This document shows positions 1 to 13,364 of a DNA stretch of 64,000 nucleotides, piece after piece. The position numbers and the translations under genes are program-made. The stretch is from Phoronis australis (Eukaryota; Animalia; Phoronida): NCBI GenBank assembly GCA_002633005.1, contig NMRA01000416.1, forward strand, positions 272,018 through 336,017, given 5' to 3'. The notes beneath the pieces are model-generated. The model ran no database searches and was not told the DNA's origin. It saw only the letters and a program-made list of their open reading frames with translations. The first letter of the stretch is position 1. Every line of letters begins with the position of its first letter.

Positions 1-1867
1 AGTGGTGGCTCATGATATTGGCCAGACATCTGTAATAATATGTTTTGTCTTTCCTTTTTGACGGAATATATTTTAACTTTTTGGGCTACAAAATGTAGAA
101 CAACCTTCCTGGTGCTTCTCTCCAGTGAGACACGCGGAGAGTGAAGCGCTAACTGGTCCATAAGCGATGACCTAGTTTACGCAGAGAACCTGGTGGATGA
201 CCTAGTTTACGAATTGCTGGTAATGGTCGGGGCCCGAGTCCTGGCCCGAGCCGAGAACGACATCGTCCGGCACTAATAGTCAACACTAAACGGCAGAAAA
301 CTTGTATTATGAACTTTTGAGAGCCGAGATCGCAGAATAATTACATGTATTAAGCACAGTTCTATAGCCGAGAGACATTCACCCAATGAGCTTTATACAT
401 GTACATACAGTAGTAAGCTTGATTGCCTTCACCCAGTACGGTACAGCCTGTGACGTCAGATGCGCGTTAGCCAATAGGAATTAACATTGGAAAAACTCTT
501 TTTTACAAAAATGTGAAAGAGTAACAAAGATGTGACTGATATAGACTTTACTCATCAATTAAATTACATTAAAAATGCATGTTATTGTATGACTTCAGGA
601 ACCTTTTAAGGTGCCCTTTTCATTCCTTCAATGGTTGGTGATTTACAATAGAATTAAGCACACAAACCTTTTGCACTCGAAAGTGTGAACAAACTCCTGA
701 TGGCTCTCCAACTAAAGTGCCTCAACCTCGTTCCTAAGCTCAAGATGGGGCGTATCGTTCGAGCCCCCCGGGTGCGCGCATGTCGGAAAAAGGTGGGTGT
801 GCTACGACTAGCAATTATTACTGTGGCGAATATCCTTGAAAAGTATCAACACCAGCCTGAAATTCAACAAACCAGCATAAACGGAGCTAAATATTCCAAG
901 TAATAGGATATGAAGAAGTGTAATTAAAAAAATCGGGGTCGCAGTCCTGTGAAATGGAATGGGCGAGGATTTGACGTTATAGGAAACTTTATTGAAGTGT
1001 GATTGATTAACTTTAAAGTTGACGGAGCTATACAAAACTTGGTGGTTCTCATTTCTACTACGTTATGTGGTTTTAGGACAAGGAAGCTTAATATGATAGG
1101 TAGCATAGCATATAGTGGAACAGGACATGATGACTGTGTAAGGTTAATTTTGCAGTGTTGACAGAAGCGAAACAACTCAAGCGAAACTCCTGGCACAGAT
1201 TTCCTTCCATACACAAACATTCAACCATGTGTTCTGCAAACATGGTGGCAGAATGGCCTAACCGATTGACATAAACAAAACATTGTCTCGAAAATGCTAC
1301 AACTTCTGCGTGGGAAAGTCACTTCTTGAAATTATAATCCATGAATGTAATGATTGGCTTATCAGGTGAGCCTGCACTACTAACATAAAAATTATTGCGC
1401 AATTAAAATGAATCATTATCTTTCTTTAAATTAGGCGTTCATTGTTGTTTACTTAATGTATTAAATGGATGAATGTATTAACTTAATAATGAAACATGAA
1501 CTTGTTTTCATAACAGGGATTTCATCACATCCATAGTAACTCCGTAAAATCTAAACTCGACAGGCAGTGAATATTGCCGACCTTATTCACTATAAAATCA
1601 GCAGGTGTCACAACAGGATACCCCATCCCAAAGAGAGTGTACAACAGGCAAATGATATCTGTCCACACAGATATCATCTTATACTGTGCTTAATTGAATT
1701 TAGTTTTTATAATGAAACCAAGTTTCACTTCCATGAATGGTCATGTACATGTTGTGACGTGACAAGACACAGGACATTAGAATTAATAATCTCCATCGAC
1801 TAAATTAAGTGAGTTTCTGGATAAAAAGAATTTCTAACTGGCAACATTTAAGAAACCCCAAGCAAAC

Positions 1868-2021
1868 CAGTGACGGATTTAAGGGGGCCAAGGGGGCCAT
1901 AGCCCCCATAAAATTCTCCCAGATTCCATTTGGCAGTACAGGGGTGCGCATGTCTGACGGGCAAAATCCTTGCCAATACTCTACCCTGGCCCCCTAACTC
2001 AAAATCCTGGATCCGCCCCTG
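1868..2021. mobile_element. Short hAT-like MITE (copy 1)
   Basis: Termini CAGTGACGGATTT...GGATCCGCCCCTG; closely similar second copy at 23278-23431. Confidence 0.7.
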
Positions 2022-3825
2022 CATACTTGGTTCTGGTCTGCGCCCAAATCATTTTGATTCCTGCGCCCTACTACTCCAAGTAGCTACTGTCTAAACCACA
2101 CACTTTCTGTCACAAGAACAATTTTTGCTTTAGATCTCTTCATGGCCTGAGTTTGTTCCTTAGTAAACAGGTTTAAAGGAATTTGGTTTTAACTGACAGC
2201 TCGTTATTTTGCTTGAGACCAAGTAACCTTAATTGTCATGGTGTTTCATTTCATTGTTGGAACACGGTCTAGAGCTATCTCTGTAACAAGGAACAAGTTA
2301 GTTCCAATTTAGTTGGCAAGTGGTTTAAAAAGAAACAGTTGCTTCGACCGGAACGTGAATTCATTGGTGTTTCAAGACAAAACCCTCTTGCATCCACTTT
2401 TGCTAAAGAAGACAATTCCTAAATTATCAAGTTCATTGTTAAAAGCAAAAGTTTGTTAAAATCCAGTCAATTATAGACCTCTAAAATACAGAATTACCTG
2501 AAACAAGTAAACTTAGCTGTAATGACATATTTCCGGGAAGATTCGTAAAAAATCGTTATTAGCATACCACCAGTTCTTTTTAAATGCTGTGAAGACTGAA
2601 TGAACTGGAAATTTCAAATTTGTAGTCTTTGAGACAATTAAAACAACTCCTTGGTGAATAAAATATTAACAGATAAATGCAAGTATAAATAGAATGTTAA
2701 AATCACATCTTACCAATGGAGCTTGTCAGCCCGGGACTAAAACGGTTTAAAAGACGCGGGGTATTTTACTTTTCAAGGGCGTACTATCCTTGACAACTAA
2801 TCAGCAACACATGCTTGAAATAAACATTTCAAGAGGCTTAGACAGTAAATTAAATTAGTTAGCTGATAACATTCCTCAGTACAACATGTAGTTGAGCCTG
2901 CAAGAGACAAAGCTTTACCATGCATTAAACACAAAGATTTTCAGCTGGACTAGCGTTCTAACCGCAGTCGGTAGAAATTTTTCTTCTAATCTTGTGAAGT
3001 TTTTCCGTGCGTTCGTAAGTATAATTTCCTCTAAATGAAAATCTAACTTAAGCATTTTTTTACTAACTTGCACCTTTGATAAATTTTGGCTTCTAAGTTT
3101 TTGAAAATTGATGTTTGATGTTTGAAAAGGAAACTATTTAAGACATCCTACTTAGAATTGTTTTCAATAATATTGATACAAAAATGCGAGATTGAGATCA
3201 TTACAATCATCAGGTTGTTTCTGATTGTTCTTCCCATAGACATCGCTAGTATTAAGATGTCTATGGTTATTACGTTTATAAGTTGGGTCTGATATTTACT
3301 GTTTCAAAAGTAATTCACAATGCGTCTGTGTCAAGGTTTATGAGTTCTATAATCAGTAATACAAATTGTGTAATTCTGAAAGGGGAGGACTTCATTGCAG
3401 GTGCGGTCACTCTGTCGATTTTAATGAGTACAGAAGAAAACGATTTCAGTCATGTTAAAGTACTCCAAGCAAAATGTAAGAATGATGTGGGGTAATTTTA
3501 ATTAGAAGAACTGGTTTCGGATGCATTAGGAACTCTCGGAACATTGTCATAAAATCTCACCAAGCTACAGGATTCATGTAGGGTTGTACTCGTTGGCCAA
3601 AATATTCCCACTCTTCAGTGACATATTTACCTCTGTCAGTCGCTGACAGCAACATTTAGTCTTTCTACTGATACTCAGACTTATGGAGCGAGCATATTTA
3701 CCACAGTAACACTAGCTTTGTTACATGTGTATGGTCAATCATTTGATCCTCATAGTTGAAAATTGCAGTATTGCAACTTCTGAAATTGTATCCCCAAACT
3801 TAGTTAAAATTCTAAGCAGAGGCTT

Positions 3826-4770
3826 GAATCTGTTCACCAAGTCTGGTGTGGAAATGTGCATGCAATGCAGAATCATTTGACCCCCAGTCATGGAACAGTG
3901 CAAAGCTTAGTACATACCACGTGGGACGATATTAGTAAATATTGCAGCAAAGCTACATATATATTCGTTCCCTTGTGAGGAGATTGTAAAACAGTGCACA
4001 GTTTGAATCTGTTAACCAGTGCATGCATTTCAGAATCATTTGACGGCAGACATGCAAAGGTTGAATGTGGCCCGTAAAAGCAAATGCACCTTAGCAAAAA
4101 TTATTTCCAGTTCTCTTCCAGCAGTGAATAGTCACGAAATCGTTTGACCCTTAGAGTTGACATATATAAAACCCTGTTATGGCTGAAAGTGCATCGCAAA
4201 ATATAACTAACATTGAGGCAGTAGTGCAGGTAACAAAGTAGGGCAAAGTCCACATATCTGGCGTGGATTGGTGAATGCATCAACAGATCATTTTTAGCCA
4301 TGAGACACGTAAACAGTGCTGAGTTTGCATTTGTGAATGACGTGATCACATGTAAACTTATACAATATCTTCACGCATTCTCTTGTTACCTGTAGCAATA
4401 GTTTGACCACCAGAGTGGGAAATTGTCTGATGTAGAAATGTGCATGTGCAAACAAGATCATTGGACCCGCAGACAAGGGAACAGTGCAAAACTTTTACAG
4501 GAGAATTAATTACATGTAAAACAAATGCAAAAAGTTTTAATTAGTCCTATGGTCTTTTGACTTGGAAGGTTCCGATTAATGTAAAATATTAGCGTTAGAT
4601 TAACAAGGTAAGAGAATTGCATATGGTGAATACTTTAAACAAGTAAACACAGTTTGAATCTGTTGACGCGGTCTGATGTGGAAATGTGCATGTGCAAGCA
4701 GAATCATTTCACCCACAGACAAGGGAACAGTGCAAAACTTCTACAACGGAATTACAAAGTTTTAATTTAT
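3826..4770. repeat. Locally dispersed ~90-bp module, about 4 degenerate copies
   Basis: gaatctgtt...gtggaaatgtgcatg...cagaatcattt...ggaacagtgcaaa recurs wholly or partly near 3826, 4005, 4425 and 4655. Confidence 0.6.
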
Positions 4771-5963
4771 CTCTTGCATAAATGTTTATCCAACCATGGA
4801 ATGTTAGAATTTTATATAAACTTAAATAGCTTAAGGTAGAAAATATGCTAAACATATACTTCTCTTAGTTTGACTCCATCAACCAGTTTTATTCGATGAT
4901 ATGCATCTGATGTAAGACTTAATTCCATTTTCAAGCATGAAGTTGATCTCTAACTTTTACATAATAAGCCTGTTCAGTGGTTGCTTGTGCTACAATTCGT
5001 TCTATGCAACAAGTTTTCACAGTACGTTACATTTTTGTTGGCTTTAAGCTACATAAACGGACAAGTAGTGGCTATCAACTCTCAAGTTGTTTAACATTGA
5101 AAGCCTCTGCCTATCTTTATTGAAAATAATTATTCTATTTCAGCATCTCGGATAAGTTAACATTACCACCTTAACTATACTGTATAGTGAATTAAATGTA
5201 TACGTTTCGTTATATTTAGCATTGCAGACATGATTTTTTATTCTTAATAAAGTTGACGATTTTGATTTAATATTAGCTTTGTATGGGGATTTCAGTAATA
5301 AAGTGTGTGTTGTCTTCGTGGGAGATGCGTTCTTATTTTTTTTTTTCAGCATAATGGTTGCAACTCAAGAAAATTGATTTAATACTACGCTGTACGAAGC
5401 TTGGGCAGTGAACGTCATGGCTCAGTGTGTTGGTATAGCACGACTGCTGGAGAATGAAAAGCTGACGGAACAAACTAGTGAGAGAGGTGACTTAATAAAT
5501 CCACTCTTTTTGTCTCAGCGTGTTCCACGGGTATGTTACATGGAATTCAGGTGTAGTCGGGACCACTCGCAATTTTAAAAAATATTTCCTGGTGCTACTA
5601 CTGTATGTTGTTGTTGTGCAGATTTTGAAAGTCGGAAAAATGATTTGGAACTATGTATCTTTTACAACAACTGGGGAAGTAAAATATCACTCGTGTGCCA
5701 AATTGAACCTCCATTGGTTAGATTTTAAATAAGTTTTTAGCCGTGTTTACCTGGTTGTATACTCGAGTGCCAATTTGTTTAAAGATGCATGCACCGTTCA
5801 TATATTGCTTAAATGCACGTTCATGAATACTACTAAATGCACAATCCTATAAAACTAATTTCCACAAGAAACATAATTTGAATTACTAGTGGCTGTGTAC
5901 ATCCATTGTAGCAAGAGAATGAAACTGATTTTAGAGTTTTGTCAGATACGCTTAAATGTAACC

Positions 5964-6115
5964 GGGCGTGCGTTCAGTAGACGTTAGGTCCTACACTAGG
6001 ACCTAGTCAAAGTCTAGTCAAGGTCACGTGTTCTCATTTGAAATACACGGCAATATCTCACGTAATCTCGCGAAGTCTTGCTTTTTAGCGAGGTCCTAGC
6101 GTTACTGAACGGGAG
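5964..6115. mobile_element. Palindromic MITE (family also at ~31177-31292 and, inverted, at 41671-41813)
   Basis: Arms cgttcagtagacgttaggtcct / aggtcctagcgttactgaacg; shared core gttctcatt..aaa...atctcacgtaatctcgcga in the other copies. Confidence 0.65.
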
Positions 6116-6692
6116 GCAGGGTTTAGATTACTTACACTTGCGCTTAATTTCAAGCATGACATGAGACAGTGATTTTCGAAGTTGCGAGGGTATGTTAGTA
6201 AAGACGGTGAACCAAGTATTTGGTTCTGTAATTCATGAAGATGTGCTTAAATTCAAGCAGGTCAGAAGACACAGAAGGGCTCTCTATACTTGATATCCAG
6301 CCAGAAAAAAGACGTGTTAACTTAACTGATTTGCCGGCATTTAAGCTAGTACACAATTTCTCTGGTTAAGTGGGTCAGAGCTTACAGCCACACAAAAGAA
6401 TCAGTAGGTGACTGTGATTGTTTTAACTATCACATATATCTCTGTTGACTCTAGTTACAAGGATGTTGGCATAACGTTAAGGATAAGCCTCAATTGAAAG
6501 AGATGGTCGTTTAAATATTTCGACGACATGTGAAATAAAGTTTTACGACAGCTTCCAATGTCATAGACCGTCTAGGACACGTCGTAATTGTAATGAGGTG
6601 AGGTTAGCAGTAGTAATTTCTCAGGCGCCCACCTCATTGCCTAAGTGTCCATTTGGTCGGGTCTTAAAATATTTATTTCGGCATGTCGTGGA

Positions 6693-7040
6693 AAGGAACC
6701 CCGGCCAAGTCTAACTCACTGCAGTGTATAAAAAACGGCAAATCAACATTTTGAAACCTTTTCGGAAATTACATTACCACCCAAAGCGAAAACTACTGCC
6801 CACAAAGGTAGCATGGCACTGCTGATGCTTAAAAAAAATACAAAATACAGAAAAACTATAGCGACTACGAGCATGTGTAGGCGCTATATAGACACATTCT
6901 AGTTTTTCTTTTGAGCACAGGGGCCAAGCTAGTGGGCAGTAGTTAAAATTAAAATTTTCCTTTTGGTCATAAGATAATTTTCATAACGTTTCAAAATGCT
7001 GATTTACCCGGTTTTTAGTGAGTTTAGAATTGGGGTCTAA
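6693..7040. mobile_element. Degenerate MITE with ~110-bp inverted arms
   Basis: Left arm aaatcaacattttgaaac...aactactgcccac is mirrored by the right arm gtgggcagtagtt...gtttcaaaatgctgattt. Confidence 0.5.
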
Positions 7041-9084
7041 CCAGTGTCAAGTGTTGCCTACTTTTCAAGTTCATGTAACTTTGCCTCTGCTGGAGGCGGT
7101 AATTCTGGCTTTCGAGTACCGTCTACGAGTTATCTAAACGCAAATTCGTTGGCTACAGGGGAACGAGAGTGGGGGCACTCAGTTGCATTTAGTAAACAGA
7201 GACATGCCGGAGGCGTAGCCCTGAAGTAAAAAGGGGGCTAGACCCCTCAGGCCCCTATGGTGCGCCGCTCATGAGAGAGGGTGCCCCGCGACCGAACGCC
7301 TTTACCCACAAAACTAAATGTTAGAAAGTGGTCATATGGTGGCAAAACAGCCGGGTGGGCGAAGTGCATATAGCACCGCTCACCCAAGGAATGAAGCTGC
7401 GCGGCTCCCCCTAGCTGTCATCAGTTTTGGGCAACCTTCCCGGCAGGTTGCGACAGTCCCTCGATGGTGCCACTCCTCAACCAGAGTTTTGTCCAGAAGG
7501 CTGTTCTCCACATTTCCAAAGGCAATACTGGGGGCAAGGTTTGTCTCTGACTTTTTTGTACAACGTATTGGAGGCATATGTTAACGTTATAAAGCACCTT
7601 AAGCGCTTGCTATATCAATCACCCCAGCACACGACCATACATAAGTTTTGCATAGTAACAGTTATTACTCCTGATTGCAATACCTAGCTGAATGGAAATA
7701 ATGAATGATAAAATTAACAACATGTATTTGCGGCCAGTACACACAAGATCAAATGAATTGCACAGAACAGCATTCCCTGGTTCCCGACACCCTAACAAAG
7801 CACCATTTACCAGTAAGATATTGCACCTTTCAGTGATACCTTTGCTGAAACTGCCACCTCAGTTACCCAAAACATTGCAAGATAACAAACTATGAGGGAA
7901 AAGTGAGCTAAACAGCCATTAATTTCTTTCAAGAACTGAACCCCAAGTGACTTAGTTACATGCATATATTGTTAAATCTGCATTTCGTCCTGTTCTCATG
8001 CTTAGCTACATAAAGAGCGAAAATGACCCGCCTATTACTCTCATAGAATCAGTTTCATATTTATTACGGTGATAGGATTCTATTTTTGTTATGAAACATT
8101 GATAAAATCTCAAAAAAGCTTCAATTTATTGGGGTTGGCCAACTCCAGTTTTGGAAACCGAAAACGAGGCATTTACGCATTGCTTGTGCGAAAAGTTGGT
8201 AACCCAAATGCAATTCTACCACAGTAAAAATATTATTAGACTAATTTCATGAGAACAAAAGACCCAATTGGATTTTCGTTTTTTAGCTAGCTAAACAGCA
8301 AAATGCAGCTTTAATATGCCAAAGATGGAATTTATTATCAATTTTTGATACTTGTGTTATACTACAATATTGACCAAGTTTACTTTTTACCCACTGCTCT
8401 CCATCAGCACAAATGACTCCATATTTATATTAGCGAATGCTTAGGTTCACACCAAGTAAATTCAATTCTACAATTGCACATGCTCCTTCAAAAATCCAGG
8501 AACTTGTATAGAGGTAAATACGCTTTTAAACCCAAAGTTAATAAAAATCCACCTTGTATTGCTCCTTATGTACGAGTATGTGTACATACTTGCAGAGTAC
8601 AGGGGAAAGCGACATAAACATACATTAATGCAATATATAAAGTTTTCCCCACTGAAAATGTTCACCAAGATATTTTGAAAAGTTAAAACATGAAATGCAA
8701 CTACCTGAACCATTTACCCACTCATGAACATAGCTTCCCTTTCATGAACATGTCAAATGCATCCTTAAGTTGACTCACCATCAAAGGCCGCCCCGCACTC
8801 ATAAAAACAGCTTACTCATCCATCTATAGCATAAGTCAGGTTTTAGTCACATAATATTTTGACACTTGGTATTTCACACATAGGCACATGCCCCTAATTC
8901 TGGATATAGTCACAATTTCACATGCAGGAACATGGGCCTAAACATGCGCATAGGAAATAACCACAGTCCACTTTCATTGCTCAAAGATGACTAATTGATT
9001 TTCTCAGAACTGGACAGCTAATTTCAAATTCTCCACAAAATGAGAACAAAACCCTTGACTACTGAGTACTTTGGTCAAATTGCA

Positions 9085-9432
9085 CAACGCCCCTCTGTCC
9101 AACAAACCTCTCCTTGTTGACTGCCAGCAAACGTCCTTCCGTCTCTGGCCACTGAATCCTGTCAATACAGCATTTCACTTAGCAATTTATCCACAACACG
9201 ACTATAGGTGCTCATAACGGTCGTTAGTTCATGACCCTCGGTCTAATAAAACAGATCTGCCTTGTTGGCCATCAGCAAACGTGCCTTCATCTCTTGTCAC
9301 TGAGTACAGCATTTTACGTGGCAAGTATGCCACAACACAACCACAGGTGCTCGTAACGGTCGTTTGTTCATGACACTGGGTCCTGTAAAACTGACCTGCA
9401 TTGTAGGCAGCCAGTAAGAATGTTCCTTCCAT
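9085..9432 (-). repeat. Degenerate tandem copies of the last Kelch coding segment, downstream of the stop codon (3' UTR region)
   Basis: ORF 9229-9432 (GTFLLAAYNAGQFYRTQCHEQTTVTSTCGCVVAYLPRKML) aligns to the true C-terminus (STFLLATNEAGELYWNEGHELPTVMSTCGCVVANLPSEML); a third copy reads HELTTVMSTYSRVVDKLLSEML; a fourth is partial. Confidence 0.85.
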
Positions 9433-9458
9433 TCATCTCAGATCACTGTGTTGTGTCA

Positions 9459-9646
9459 CTAGAGCATTTCACTTGGCAAGTTAGCCACAACACAGCCACA
9501 GGTGCTCATAACGGTCGGCAGTTCATGACCCTCATTCCAGTACAGCTCACCTGCTTCGTTTGTGGCCAGCAGGAAGGTGCTCGCCATCCAGCTCTTGTCG
9601 TCCTCACCACCAACCACAAGTACTGTGTTGTTATACTTAACCACAC
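9459..9646 (-). CDS. Kelch-like (BTB-BACK-Kelch) protein, coding exon 6 (last)
   Basis: Acceptor tttcaccag; phase-1 join G|GT; VVKYNNTVLVVGGEDD...LPSEML then TAG; GG kelch motif. Confidence 0.9.
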
Positions 9647-9789
9647 CTGGTGAAACAAAGATGAAAAATAGAAACGCTGGCCTCTATGGCATCATCAAAC
9701 ACAATCAGTGATCACATTTGTAATATCACTATTCAAATCAAGTTTTAAACTGAGGCTAAAAGGGCCACCTTCAGTTACACCCTTTTAGA

Positions 9790-9870
9790 GGAGACAGTGT
9801 GGCCTAGTGGGATAAGTGTTTGTTTCCTTTACTCAAGGTCGTGGATTGGAATCCCACCATGTACATTACT
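9790..9870 (+). mobile_element. tRNA-derived SINE head (degenerate)
   Basis: A-box-like TGGCCTAGTGG and B-box-like GGATTGGAATCCC at tRNA-like spacing; no intact cloverleaf. Confidence 0.45.
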
Positions 9871-11007
9871 TAAGCCAGGTCTCTAGCTCCTCAGCTTGGT
9901 TTTAACTATACGATTAAAGCATAAAACATGGTTTCAGGTGAGTGCAATGGCCCCAATTAAGCGACTTGCGTACATCTGCAATTGTTTTCGCTACACAAAC
10001 TCTGTATGGAACACAGTGTTGTGCCTGAGTCAATTCCACACGGCAAACATCTGACAAGTCAAGGCTCCGCTATCCAAAGTAAAAACTAAGGTGTACATCC
10101 AAGAAGTATATCAAATTCCTATCCTTCAAAACTTTCTAGGATAGACTGGTTGATGTGTGGACATAACCCAAGACTGATTTAAGACTGATCCTACACCGTA
10201 TTGATATTATAAAACATGTTACTTGTCTCAATACGACATGTGGCACTCGACTTAGATACAACTGATAACTTGGTAACAATTCCTATATTAGGCTGGTGAG
10301 CTTGGAAAGAATTCGACAGCTTGCTGTTGCAAACAGTATCAAATTAGCGACCCGTTCAGTACACACCTAAAAATCACCTCCTAGGTAAAGATAAAATTTA
10401 GATCATCTGTAAGTTGTCTACATCAGAAGATTAAGTGTTTATGGAACAAACTGCACAGCTAGTTATGTCACAAACACCACATCAAAATTGACACATTACT
10501 CCCTGCATCAACAGTACAACATCAAAAGAGTGCAGATTTGAATAAACATCGGATGTAATTATGATGAATATTTTGATAGTGACTAAATTACTTATGACGA
10601 TTACTGTATAAGGTAACCTAGAAAAAAGCTTGGCCAACTTTGGAATATTAAATCTCAGAAATGGATGATGAGATTTATAAAAAACTTTTCGACAATACTT
10701 TTTAATGAACTGTTCTCCAAAATACTACACGAATTTGTTTTTAATGTCCCACTTTTGCCCGAGGGCCTATCAAACAAGGGACTTTTATGATTTTCATAAA
10801 AAACTCAAAATCCGCATAAAACAAAAACAAAATGATACTTAATAAAACTTCAAAAATGTTTGAGATTTCATCTTCAGTTGAACATTTATAACAAATAAAG
10901 TTTGGTCACGTTGTTGATAATGTTTTCCTATCAATTTACCTTATGCTTAAACTTTACCAAAATGACATGTGCATGTGACCCAATCAATGACAGATTGGTA
11001 AAAAATC

Positions 11008-12367
11008 AACAAGCGCAACGCAGAGCATTGAAATATACTCACGATAGCACCGCAAACTGTGTGCTTCTACAGCTGTTTTTAGTATTATAAAAATGGCCAT
11101 TAGATGGTGCAGAATGTTTCAAAACCCATTAGAATTTAGAAAGTGACATTGTCTCTTTGAAACAAAACTATTTGCCAAATTTCATGAAAATAAGCGAAGG
11201 AACTACTAAGATATGGAAGCAACCGTAAAAAACAATTGACGCTAGGGTGCACAGCTATAGTTCAAGTGGCCTGAAATTCATCTACCAAATTTCACAAAGA
11301 TCCTTCACAGGGTTAAGGAATTACAGTCGTAGATTCGAAAAGCAAAACTGCCGGTACAGGGTGCCAAAATAGTCAAAAACAGCCGAAAATTAACATCAGC
11401 CAAGGTCTTTGCATCAGGAACACAACTATGGGTGGCGTAGCACTGAAAAAAGTGGGGGCTAAAGCCCCCCCCCCCCCCCCNCGTAACACTGGAAAAAGTG
11501 GGGGGGGGGGGGCTACAGCCACCCCAGCCCCCTATGGTGTGCCGCCCATGACAACCCTCAATTTTCATAATCGTCCTTAAAGTGGTTTGGCAGATAGCGA
11601 GGCAGACACCAAAAACATATGCAAAGAATTTTAAATGGCCACCAGGTGGAGCAGAAAACATCAAGTCTGTCTGACACTGGGAAGGCATTGTGGTCTCCTT
11701 ACTGGAAACCTATAGGACAGATTTCATGAAAATACATTATTGAAATCTGCAGACACAGAGGCAAACTAAAAAAAGCACTAGGGGGCACAGTGGTATCTGG
11801 ATCAGTTCAACACTCGTTATTGTTTGTCGACTGCTCCAAAGCTCCTTCAAAGGGTTATTAAAGGAGACGAAAAAACAAAATCGCCACTAAGGAGGCGACA
11901 CAGTAATCGGACACATCCGATAGTCAACGTCAGTGATGGCCTTCTTATCAGCAACACACCTATAAAGTTTTATAATGATCCTTTGAGCAATATGGAAGAT
12001 AGAGAGGCAGATGCCAGAAAACGGATGCAAAAGTAACAAAAATGTCTACAAAGTGGCATAAAATTTGTCGAATCCGTCCGAAAATGAAGTGGCATCACTG
12101 CATTCATTTGATATTAAAAACTATTTTCTGAATTTCATGAAAATCCATCAAGAAACACTGAAGATACAAAGGGAAATGTAAAAAAGTTAAATTGCCACAG
12201 CGGTATTCGTGTCAGTCCGAAACTCGTCGTCAGCCTCATAGGAACACACTTGCCAACTTTCAATAAGATCCTGCAAGGGGTTTAGGAGATGCAGCCGTGG
12301 ACGCGGGATGCCCAGACAGAGATGACCGCAATATGCACCCACATATAAATATGTGGGCACATAAAAA
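11008..12367 (+). mobile_element. Helentron-associated non-autonomous element (HINE-like) with internal ~145-bp tandem repeats, copy 1
   Basis: Starts AACAAG(C)GCAACGC; ends in hairpin cccacatat-aa-atatgtggg plus A-run; no TSD; homologous to 14575-16320; interrupted by a poly-C/poly-G MITE at ~11430-11550. Confidence 0.7.
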
Positions 12368-12585
12368 TCACATTCTTAATGGTTTCTATTTTCAGAAAAT
12401 ATATACTTCTACAGAGTTCAAATCTATTGTTTTTTTTAGATATTTGGCAGTAAACAGACTCCTCATAAGGTCCTACGTAACCTTAATAGCACTCACTGAA
12501 ACTGCAAATTGTATCAGACATGTAACACATTCTTTAGAAATATTTGTAACCTAATCTTTTTGACAGAAATTCCAGAATCCATTAC

Positions 12586-12723
12586 CTGCTCCACACAAGG
12601 CAGCGGGCAAACTTGGTCCTTCACACCAGGTGCCACTGGCGGGGTCAAAGATTTCGACTAGGTAAGTGCAATGTTCCGGCAAGAAGTCTCGCGTCCACTT
12701 ATCAGACACGGCAGTATTGCCTC
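12586..12723 (-). CDS. Kelch-like protein, coding exon 5
   Basis: attacag| ... |gtaat; 138 nt, phase 1-1; GGNTAVSDKWTRDFLPEHCTYLVEIFDPASGTWCEGPSLPAALCGAG. Confidence 0.9.
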
Positions 12724-13364
12724 CTGTAATAGACAGTGTGTCACCAGCTAAAAGTCCAAGTCACGCACAGGGAATATCTTAGAGACTACACAGTTCTATC
12801 AAGTCCTTTTTGTGCATTTTATGGATATCTCAAACCTTATTCACAAAAATTGGCCATTTTTACAATATTGCACATAAGTCTAGCAAAATAATTTATCTTC
12901 ATTATCGGGGAACTTCAAATACAAAATATATACCGTGTAACAAAAGAAAAAAAGATTTAGCGGAATCACCTTGCAACCGCACAACCATGTCGAATTTTTT
13001 GTTACAGGTACTTTTCCCAGGTCATAGGAGTGTCACTCAAATAAAATCTCCCTCCAGGCACACAACAGCTCCGTATGTACCCTCAGTCACTTCGTTCATT
13101 GAGTCGCCATAATATTGAGTCAACAAGGTGTACATGTGATAGAAAGATGATGGGGAAAAGGAAGACAAAACAAAGTTTTGATTTGAGGGAGTTGTGCATC
13201 TGCATGCATACGGCCGTTCAGAACAAATGCTTCGAATCACCTCACACCTCTGTGACTTTGTGTTCACAAACACAGCAAGTTGTGAAGAGATGAAAAGAAA
13301 TAAATCCTACCCAAATCCCTTAATTTGTTTTGATCCCATGCTCGCGACATGCTTCAACCACCGA

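Noticed and set aside
449-480. CRE (TGACGTCA) plus CCAAT as a host promoter
   Set aside because: No associated gene is visible, and the site lies just inside what looks like a TTAA-element end at ~608, so it cannot be supported from this window
9229-9461. Stop-codon readthrough extending the Kelch protein into the duplicated segment
   Set aside because: TAG is followed immediately by TGA, with another TGA six codons later
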